A DNA stretch of 64,000 bases from an uncultured Planctomycetaceae bacterium (GTDB lineage Bacteria; Planctomycetota; Planctomycetia; Isosphaerales; Isosphaeraceae): contig CAWIAD010000002.1 of the NCBI GenBank assembly GCA_963833985.1, positions 5,600,001 through 5,664,000 of the forward strand, given 5' to 3'. A model generated the notes under the pieces. The model had not been told where the DNA came from. It searched no databases and saw nothing but the letters and a program-made list of their open reading frames with translations. A program made the position numbers and the translations under genes. Positions 19,543 to 27,345 of this stretch are shown here, in pieces (positions within the stretch are counted from its first letter, which is position 1; each line of letters starts with the position of its first letter).

Positions 19543-22500
19543 TCATCCAGGGCCGTTCCCTCCGCCTCCGGGGCGGCCACCGGCAACGGGGTTACCGTCT
19601 ACTCCAACCACCCCCGGACCCACCACCGGGTTCGGCTCTTGCGACGGTTGTGGCAGCACCATCGAAGGATGCTCACCAGCGAGGATCTGGCGCACCCACT
19701 GCTGCGCTTGCTCGAACATCCACTTCTCGACCTCAAAGAGTTTGTTCGCAAGCTCCGCTTGCTGTTCGGCGTACTGACGCTGTAGTTCCTCCACATCCGC
19801 GTCTTGCACCTGCACTTGTAGTTCGATTCCCGCCCACATTGCCTCATCCTGTTTGGCCTGGTGTTCTTGAAGGGCCCGATACCAGGCCCTGTACCTAGGC
19901 ATCCAATCCCTCCACCATTTCCATTGTTCTTTGTTCGCGTTCAGGTCCGGTGCCCATTTGGGACTACTGGGGTATGGCTTACCACTGGGATAGGCCATCG
20001 GGCCGCCAGGCCTTGGCGGAATGTTCCAAGGAGCATCTCCTGGCCCCGGAAAGTTGCCCCATCCACGGCCCAGTGGAACTTGCAGCCCGCTTGGGTCAGT
20101 CGCGTTGCCCGGGGAACCGTGAACGTAGCGGTACTCATTCGGGTCGCCAGCCCTGAACCCGAGCGGATCGAGTTGACCGAACCTTCCTACCACGGGCCCA
20201 TACCACCTCGCATGGTCATAATACTGCCCAATCGCCGCATCCCACTCCATCCCCGTGAACTTGAACCGGTCGCCGTTGGATCCTCCGCTGCTCTCGGAGA
20301 GGATATTGCCGTAGCTGTCGTACACGACGTGGTCGATGCTCGTGCCCGAGGTGCTCACGATGTCGCGCACGCTTCCTAACCTGTCGGCCAGATACCAGGC
20401 GGTTGTGCCGCCCGAGCTGGTGCGGGCGAAGAGCTCGTCGACGGCCGGGCCGGAGACGTATCGGGTGAGCAGCGTGCCTGAGCCGTTGAAGTCGGCGTAG
20501 GGATTGGCGTCGGCGCCCTGGCCGTCGTACACGGTCCACATCTGGGTGCCGTTCGTGTCCACGCCGATGCGGTGATCCAGCGCATCGTAGGTGTACGTCA
20601 CTTGTTCCAGCGTGGTGCCGCCCGAGTTTTTCTCCACCGCGCTGGTCATCCGGTTGCGGTCGTCGTAGCCGAAGGTCCAGACGTCGTGAGTGGAGAGCTG
20701 CGTCTCGCCGATCGTGTTGCCTTCCTTGTCATACGTGAACGTGTAGCCGCCGCCGGAGCTCAACTCGTTGCCCGTGCCCGTGGTGTAGCCGGTCATGTTC
20801 CGGTTCCCACCCGAGTCATAGCTATAGTTTTCCGTCCGCGAGCCTCGTGCGGTCAGTAGTTCACCACCGGAGTCATAGCCGTACGTGACCGTCCCCTCGG
20901 CGTTGACCTCGGTGGTGACGCGGTTGGCGTTGTCGTAGCCATAAACATACGTTGAGAGTGCCGTGCCGGTGCCCGTCTGGTCGGTGATCGTGCCGACACG
21001 GTTGGCCGGGTCGTAGACGATCGAGGTGTTCACAGACGTGCCCGAGCCGCCGATGGTCCGCGAGATTGACGTCTCGCGGTTGCCCGGGTCGTACCCCAGC
21101 ACCACCTGCGGGCCGGCGCTGCCGTTGTAGCTGGCCGAGATGGTCGTCAGCCGAAACGCAGGGTCGTACTGGAACGTCGTCACGCCGACGTTGCCCGTGA
21201 TGTTGTCCGTCAAGCTGGTGCGGTCGTGGTACGCGTCGTAACCGGAAGTCAATGTCACGCTCGGCTGGTGGCTGCCCGGACCCGACGTGGAGTCGGTGAG
21301 CTGGTTGCCACCCGAGTCATAGGTGAAGCTCAGGGTCGCGTAGTTATCCGTGATCTTGGTCAGCTCGTTATCGGCGTCGTAGGTGAGAGTGACAAGATTC
21401 GTCACGCCGCCGGAGGCGCTGTACCAGGTCTCGCCGGTCTCCTGGCCGCCGGAGTCGTACGAGTACGTGACCACCCGGCCGTCGCGGTCGGTGGACGCGA
21501 TGAGCTGGTCATCATAGTTGTACAGGTAGGTCGCCGTGTTACCCAGCGGATCGGTCATCGTGGTCAAACGGTCGGCCGAGTCGTAGCCCCAGGTCGTGTG
21601 GTTGCCCAGCGGATCGGTCAGAGTCGTCATCCGCCCGGCCGCGTCATAAGCCATGGTGGTGGTGTTGCCCAGCGGGTCGACGATCGTCGTGGCCCGGTTG
21701 TCGGCGTCGTAGAGCGTGGTCGTCACGTTCCCCAGCGCGTCCTTGACCGTCTGCTGGTTGCCTCCCGAATCGTAGCCGTAGACCGTGGTATGCCCCAGCG
21801 CGTCGGTCACTGTGGTCAACCGGTTCATCGTATCATAAGCATATTGCGTCGCGTGGCCGTTCGCGTCGGTCATCCCCGTCATGTTGCCCACGCCGTCATA
21901 CCCGTAGGTCGCCGTGTGATTATTGGCGTCCGTGTAGGTGGTCAGCCGGTCGTCCTTGTCGTAGAAGAACGACTCGGTCGAGCCCCCGCTGTGGCCGGGG
22001 CTGGTCACGGTCGATTGCTTGCCGGTGGGCGTGTAGGCGTAGGTCGTGAGGTTCCCCAGGCCGTCCTCGACCGTCGCCACCCAGCCCCGGTCGTTGTACG
22101 TCGTCGTCGTGATCCGGCCCAGCGGGTCGGCCACCTGGATCACCTGCCCCTCGGCATCGTAGGTCGTGGTCGTCACCGCGTTGGCGCTGGCGGTCAACGG
22201 GGCCGTGACCACCGTCGGCCGGTTGAGGGCATCATAAGAAATCGACGTGATGCGGCTCATGGGATCGGTGATCTTGATCAGGTTGCCGCCCGAGTCGTAG
22301 CCGTACACCGTCACCCGCGACAGCGGCGCCGTGACGGTTACCGCGCGGTTCATCGCATCGTAGGAGATGGTCGTCGTGCGGGCGATCTGGCCCGATGGCG
22401 TCGGGTCCTGTTCGACGATCATGTTGCCACCTGAATCGTAGACAAACGTCGTCCGGTTCGTCAACGGGTCGGTCATGCCCGTTTCGCGGTTCATGGCGTC

Positions 22501-25359
22501 GTAGCTGTAGGTCGTGGTGTTCGACCGCTGGTCGGTGACGGAGGTGATGTTCCCCTGGTTGTTGTAGCCGTAGAGGATCTTGGTGCCGTCCGGGTTCAGG
22601 ACCGTGGTGGCGCGGTCCTGGCTGTCGTACTGAATGCTCGTGGTATGCCCGTTGGCATCCTTGAGCGTGGCCAGCATGCCGTCGCCGGTGTAGGTCATGG
22701 TCGTCAGGTTGCCCATCGGGTCCTGCGTGACCGTCAGGTTGCCGTGGCTGTCGTAATCGTACGTGTACACATGGTTGTTGGCGTCGGTGAACTGGGTGAC
22801 CTCGGCGAAGCTGTTGTAGCTGTACTGGTCGTAGTTCAGGTCGGGGTAGGTGTGCTGGGTGATGTTCCCCTTGCTATCGTAGGTGTACTTGTCGATCCGG
22901 TTCAGGCGGTCGATGGTGACGGTGGCCAGGCCCATGGACGCGCCGCTGCCGATGCGATCGAAGCTGGCCACGTTGCCCAGCGGGTCGACGGCCACGTTGG
23001 TCAGCCCCTGGCCGTTCCAGTCGGGCAGGACCGAGGTCGTGTTGCTGTTGGGATCGGTGTAGGTGCTGGCGGAGGTGGCCAGCAGCACGGCCGCCGTGCC
23101 CCCGCCGGAGGTGCCGCTGTTGGTGAATCCCGCTTCCTGGCCGGGGAAGAACTCCTCGGTGCTGCTGTCCGGGCGGGTGATCGTCGAGGCGCGCTGGGCC
23201 GAGTCGTACGCAACCGTCACGGTCTTCGAGTTCGGATCCGTCACCTGGGTCAGGCGGCCCGAGCCGTCATAGGCATAGCCCCAGGTCGAGTTGTCGGGCA
23301 AGGTCGCACCGGTGAGGTTGGAACCGCTGTGGGTGAAGGTCGTGTAGCGGCCGGCCGGATCCTTGATCGACTGCAAGTAGCCCCCGCTGTACGAGAAGGT
23401 CGTGATGTTGCCGTACGGGTCGGTGATGGTGCTGAGGTTGCCGCTGGAGTAGGCGTAGGTGATGTGCAGGCCGTTGGTGTCGATCGTGGCCGTCTCGTGG
23501 CCGCCGGAGTCGAAGCTGATCTGGGTGCCGTCGGTCAGGGTTCTCGTGAACGTCCCTCCCGAGTTCTCCAGCAGCGTCGAGAACTCGCCGGGCGGGTCGG
23601 TGAACGTGCCGCCTCCGCTGCCGAAGCTGCCGCTGAACCAGAGGCTGCGGCCACCACTGCCCAGGTCGAGGATCACCCCGCCGGAAGCCGGCGTGATCTT
23701 CTCCAGGCCCGAGACCGTCCAGCCGTCGCCGATGGCGCTGGAGGACTGGTTGAGCACGGTCATGGTGCCGGTGAGCGTCGTGGTGGTCATGGTGCCACGG
23801 TAATCGACGACCGTGGCCGTGTCGTTGTAACGCCCGGTGCTCTGTCCGGTCATGTTGGCTTGCAGCGCCATCTGCTGGATGTCGCCGGGCATGAGCTGGC
23901 TGGTGTTGTCATACCAGGTCGAGCCGGTGTAAACCGTGGTGCCGCCGGTGGTGCTCACGCTGAGCTGGCCGCTGTCCTGCGACGGGAGCGTCAGCGACGA
24001 ACTGAGCGCATGCGGGATGTCGACGATGGGGCGTGGATCCGCCGTGAGCGAGTTGTAGGTCAGGGCGAGCGCCGGGACGTTGGGATTATAGCTGGGCAGG
24101 TTGATGTCCGTGTTGAGCGCGCCGCTGGTGGCATCCACGGAGACGTTATGGCTGTCGAAGGCGGGCGCCTGGGGCTGCACCAGGTCAGGGGGTAGCGAGC
24201 CTGGCCAGGTGGGGTCGCCGCCACCGCTCATGCCCGAGCTGGACCCGGCGGGAACGAGGAAGTCATACGTGAACGTCTCGGTATGCGAGTTGGTATCGGT
24301 CACCGAGAGCGTGACGCTGTTCACGCTGGGCGCGGGGTTGACGCTGCCGTTGCCCCAGGTGAAGGTCAGGTCGTAGCCGGTGGTTCCCGAGACGTGGTTG
24401 ACCAGCGTCAGGTTGGTGGTGTTCCAGCTGATCGAGCTGACCGTGGTGTTCTCCACCTGGGCGCGGAGATCGACGAACTTGTTGAACGTGGCCAGCTGGT
24501 AGGCGCCCGGGAACATCACCTCACCCTGCGTATAATCGACCACGTACACGGGGAAATAGGGAAACGACCCGAGGCTCGCCCCGGAGGAATTGCCGATCGT
24601 CGGGTCGATGTTCGGGTTGATGCCGCCGCCGGAGCTCGACCCCGAGCTCGCCGGCGGTGGCGGCTGGGGTGGAATGGCGCTGGGAGGCGCACCGGCATGG
24701 GGCGGAGGTGAGGCGCCCGGCTCCGGGCTGCCGGCGCCCGGGTTGGGCGTTGGCGGGACAGTGGGCTGAGACGCGCTGGAGGCGGCTGCCAGCAGGGCGG
24801 AGGAGGCCGCCTGGTTGCTGCCGCTCGAACCCGGCGCGGGAACCTTCAGCGGCGTGATCGCGCCGCGGTTTGCAGTAGCCGCTGGCGCACTACCGCCGGC
24901 GCCTGTGCCCAGGTTGATCACCTGCCCGGCCCCCTGGCGCTGCGCCGGGTGCCAGGGAGGCGTGATGCCTGTCACACCGTTCGAGGCCGGGCTTTGCAGG
25001 GGTAGCAGGCTTAGCCAGTCGCCCGGCGCCGCTGGCGCCGGCACGATGGAGACGGGAACGAGGCCTTGTGCATTGCCCGCGCCGCCGGTTGTTCGCGGCC
25101 GCGCCGCGGCGGAGTTGAGAAAAGTCGCCGCTCGCGCCGTGGTGCCGGCGCTCGCGGGGGCATTCTGTCCAGGAGTTGCACCGCTTCCCCGGCCGGGCCG
25201 GGCCGCGGTGCCGGCAAGCTGCGCCTTGCTCGCCGCCGACAGACCCAGGAGGGAATCCAACCCCAGGGGCAGCCCCATGCTCAGCGCCGTCAGACTGATC
25301 GGTTCCGTGATCATTATCCGGAGCTCGCATTGTTCCAGGCGATCGAACTTCCTGGCCAT
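19543..25359 (-). CDS. Full-length Rhs/YD-repeat protein (1938 aa) with planctomycete-type N-terminal motif and novel C-terminal tip
   Basis: Long YD-repeat array, Rhs-associated core, PGNATDPSG motif (DPSG ~20086-20097), N-terminal RLEQCELRIM motif, Pro/Ser/Ala linker. No recognisable PAAR or VgrG. Confidence 0.93.
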   Translation of the reverse strand: MARKFDRLEQCELRIMITEPISLTALSMGLPLGLDSLLGLSAASKAQLAGTAARPGRGSGATPGQNAPASAGTTARAATFLNSAAARPRTTGGAGNAQGLVPVSIVPAPAAPGDWLSLLPLQSPASNGVTGITPPWHPAQRQGAGQVINLGTGAGGSAPAATANRGAITPLKVPAPGSSGSNQAASSALLAAASSASQPTVPPTPNPGAGSPEPGASPPPHAGAPPSAIPPQPPPPASSGSSSGGGINPNIDPTIGNSSGASLGSFPYFPVYVVDYTQGEVMFPGAYQLATFNKFVDLRAQVENTTVSSISWNTTNLTLVNHVSGTTGYDLTFTWGNGSVNPAPSVNSVTLSVTDTNSHTETFTYDFLVPAGSSSGMSGGGDPTWPGSLPPDLVQPQAPAFDSHNVSVDATSGALNTDINLPSYNPNVPALALTYNSLTADPRPIVDIPHALSSSLTLPSQDSGQLSVSTTGGTTVYTGSTWYDNTSQLMPGDIQQMALQANMTGQSTGRYNDTATVVDYRGTMTTTTLTGTMTVLNQSSSAIGDGWTVSGLEKITPASGGVILDLGSGGRSLWFSGSFGSGGGTFTDPPGEFSTLLENSGGTFTRTLTDGTQISFDSGGHETATIDTNGLHITYAYSSGNLSTITDPYGNITTFSYSGGYLQSIKDPAGRYTTFTHSGSNLTGATLPDNSTWGYAYDGSGRLTQVTDPNSKTVTVAYDSAQRASTITRPDSSTEEFFPGQEAGFTNSGTSGGGTAAVLLATSASTYTDPNSNTTSVLPDWNGQGLTNVAVDPLGNVASFDRIGSGASMGLATVTIDRLNRIDKYTYDSKGNITQHTYPDLNYDQYSYNSFAEVTQFTDANNHVYTYDYDSHGNLTVTQDPMGNLTTMTYTGDGMLATLKDANGHTTSIQYDSQDRATTVLNPDGTKILYGYNNQGNITSVTDQRSNTTTYSYDAMNRETGMTDPLTNRTTFVYDSGGNMIVEQDPTPSGQIARTTTISYDAMNRAVTVTAPLSRVTVYGYDSGGNLIKITDPMSRITSISYDALNRPTVVTAPLTASANAVTTTTYDAEGQVIQVADPLGRITTTTYNDRGWVATVEDGLGNLTTYAYTPTGKQSTVTSPGHSGGSTESFFYDKDDRLTTYTDANNHTATYGYDGVGNMTGMTDANGHATQYAYDTMNRLTTVTDALGHTTVYGYDSGGNQQTVKDALGNVTTTLYDADNRATTIVDPLGNTTTMAYDAAGRMTTLTDPLGNHTTWGYDSADRLTTMTDPLGNTATYLYNYDDQLIASTDRDGRVVTYSYDSGGQETGETWYSASGGVTNLVTLTYDADNELTKITDNYATLSFTYDSGGNQLTDSTSGPGSHQPSVTLTSGYDAYHDRTSLTDNITGNVGVTTFQYDPAFRLTTISASYNGSAGPQVVLGYDPGNRETSISRTIGGSGTSVNTSIVYDPANRVGTITDQTGTGTALSTYVYGYDNANRVTTEVNAEGTVTYGYDSGGELLTARGSRTENYSYDSGGNRNMTGYTTGTGNELSSGGGYTFTYDKEGNTIGETQLSTHDVWTFGYDDRNRMTSAVEKNSGGTTLEQVTYTYDALDHRIGVDTNGTQMWTVYDGQGADANPYADFNGSGTLLTRYVSGPAVDELFARTSSGGTTAWYLADRLGSVRDIVSTSGTSIDHVVYDSYGNILSESSGGSNGDRFKFTGMEWDAAIGQYYDHARWYGPVVGRFGQLDPLGFRAGDPNEYRYVHGSPGNATDPSGLQVPLGRGWGNFPGPGDAPWNIPPRPGGPMAYPSGKPYPSSPKWAPDLNANKEQWKWWRDWMPRYRAWYRALQEHQAKQDEAMWAGIELQVQVQDADVEELQRQYAEQQAELANKLFEVEKWMFEQAQQWVRQILAGEHPSMVLPQPSQEPNPVVGPGVVGVDGNPVAGGRPGGGGNGPG

Positions 25360-25678
25360 GCGGGCACGTCTTCGCTCGGTGAAGCTGAGGCGGTGCTTGC
25401 TCAGGATGCGAATCCCTCGGCCCGGCGCGGTCCGATCCCGTGGCCCACCGGGCCCGGTCCATGGCGAGAAAGGCGCGGACCGAGAGCCGGCGGGGTAAGC
25501 CCCTGGAAGCGAGTCACGAGATGACGCTTGAAACAGAGGTCAGGACGTAGCCCACCTCGCGCTGCGAGCCGGCGAACGCCAGCGCAGACAAAGACTGACA
25601 AGTGGAGGTAACGAACGTGTCACATCAGAAAGTGCGGTGCCCGAACGCACGACGATTTTAATTCCGCGGAAAGGAAGG

Positions 25679-25715
25679 TCAAGAAAATTTCTGATCATGC
25701 CGGTGATTTTCTTGA
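25679..25715. promoter_or_regulatory. AT-rich inverted repeat upstream of rhs (possible operator)
   Basis: TCAAGAAAAT-N17-ATTTTCTTGA, about 320 bp upstream of the rhs start. Confidence 0.4.
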
Positions 25716-25927
25716 AAGACACCAGACCCTGTGCGGTCGCGGTGGTGCACCTAACCTTTTTCGGATCAATCGCTTTCGTGTCACCTGATTCGTTCGGAGA
25801 ACAGCTGAAAAAACTCATCGAACTGACCGGCCACTCTCGCCTGTGAAGTCTCTGACTCTGCTGAAATCGGGGAACGACCCGACCAGGGAGACAGGCTGAC
25901 GCTTCGGCGTGGGCCGAGGCCCTTTTC

Positions 25928-26075
25928 CTATTTCTTTGAGAACTTCCGGCCGTTCTCCTCCAGCAGCCTGGCGGCGCTGAGGCCGCTGCCCTGGAAGGTC
26001 CGGCTGCCGAAATGGTGGACGAACTGGTCATGTGCCACGGCCAGCGAAAACCCTGCGCGGCGGGCACGCTCGCAC
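25928..26075 (-). pseudogene. GT2 glycosyltransferase fragment paralogous to 7785-7930
   Basis: DLCERARRAGFSLAVAHDQFVHHFGSRTFQGSGLSAARLLEENGRKF versus DLAERARRAGFSLAVAHDLFVHHFGSRTLQGNGIDAARLLEENGRRF. Confidence 0.8.
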
Positions 26076-26121
26076 AGGTCACAATGATCGATGCGCTGGC
26101 CGCCATGAAACCCTCCCCCAC

Positions 26122-27225
26122 TCACTGCCCACCGCCCAGTATTGACAGGCAAGAATGCCTGTCCTCCCCTTCCTCTCCGTCGCGATCGGCGACGCGACCC
26201 ACGCGTTGCCATCCTGCTTCGGCGCGCGCGACTCCATAGACTCCGGCCACGCCAATCGGCCCGAATTGCCGTTCCGCCCGATCGACCTGGCGGGCCAGCC
26301 GGGCCAGCCAGCCGCGGGGCAAGTACACGTCCTGATGGGCCCAGACAACCAGCGAGTGGCTCGCCCGTGCCCGGCCTGCCTCCAGGCCCGAGGCCGCGTC
26401 CGGGCAGTCGCGCAGCAGGATGACCTCGTGGGTCGACAAGCCCCGCAGGTCGGGCGAGGCCAGCAGGTTGGCCTCAAGGATGGAACGGTCGGTCACGCAG
26501 CAGACGACCTTTGCGGGCGGCGCGGCGTTCTGGTCTTGTTTCTCATCGCCTGGGTCGCGAAGGGAGTCGATCGGTCTGGCGCGGAGGATGTACTGATAGG
26601 CGTCGAGGTGCCGCGCAGCGCGGGCGCGGTTCAGTCCGAGGTGGTCGAGCAATGGGCCTGCGGCGGAGATCAGCGCCGGCGGGCAGGGTACGCGGATGAT
26701 GTCGGCGACGTCCGGCAAGAAGCCGGCGTCGAGCAGGAGCTTGAACATGGTGGAGAGCGTGAAGAACCGCAGGTGCGTCGAGTCGAGCAGACCGGCATCG
26801 GTGTACTGGAAGTCGCCGGTGAGCAGGGCCGTCAGGATCGAGTGGTGCTGGACGTTCGGGATCGAGCAGAGGACGATGCCGCCGGGAGCCAGCAGCGAAC
26901 GGCACCGCGTGAGCGCGGCTTCGGGCTCAAGCAGGTGCTCCAGCACGTCGCCGAAGAGGATACAGTCGAGCGATCCCGCATTGATCGGCGGTCCTTCCCG
27001 CTCGATGTCCAGCTCAAATACGCCGTCCAGCCGCTCCGCCGCTCGCCGCGCCGCTTTCGGTTCGCGCTCAACCCCATAGACCCGTCGTCCCGGATGGCCG
27101 TTCTTGAGAGCCTCGCCCAGCGCCCCATCCCCGCAGCCGATGTCGAGGATCGATCGCACGCCCACTGGTACGGCGCCGAGCAGGGCTCCGTTCAAGCCAG
27201 AGTAATAGGATGCTGGTTTCGACAA
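26122..27225 (-). CDS. Class I SAM methyltransferase fused to a GT-like domain, apparently 3-prime truncated at a REP
   Basis: ILDIGCGDG, FGDVLEHL, SIPNV, GLLDSTHLRFFT, then NLLASP...VWAHQDVYLP...IGVAGVYG. Ends in REP-derived residues. Confidence 0.82.
   Translation of the reverse strand: MSKPASYYSGLNGALLGAVPVGVRSILDIGCGDGALGEALKNGHPGRRVYGVEREPKAARRAAERLDGVFELDIEREGPPINAGSLDCILFGDVLEHLLEPEAALTRCRSLLAPGGIVLCSIPNVQHHSILTALLTGDFQYTDAGLLDSTHLRFFTLSTMFKLLLDAGFLPDVADIIRVPCPPALISAAGPLLDHLGLNRARAARHLDAYQYILRARPIDSLRDPGDEKQDQNAAPPAKVVCCVTDRSILEANLLASPDLRGLSTHEVILLRDCPDAASGLEAGRARASHSLVVWAHQDVYLPRGWLARLARQVDRAERQFGPIGVAGVYGVARAEAGWQRVGRVADRDGEEGEDRHSCLSILGGGQ
26144..26166. repeat. REP-like palindrome
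   Basis: GACAGGCAAGAATGCCTGTC hairpin at the junction of the methyltransferase and the GT fragment. Confidence 0.7.
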
Positions 27226-27345
27226 GGTGGAGGCTCCAGTATCTGCTGCTCTTCATCTCGAACTTCCAAGACGCGAACGACTGGTTGTGACTGATGGCCC
27301 TCAACATCCGACCTGGAAGAAGCCAGGTTTCATGGATCGCACTTT

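Noticed and set aside
10120..21345. Classical integron or diversity-generating retroelement behind the cassettes
   Set aside because: No IntI-type recombinase, attC structure or reverse transcriptase seen, and the core differences do not look adenine-specific.
21226..24195. Plus-strand ORFs of 402 and 516 aa
   Set aside because: Antisense to the Rhs repeats.
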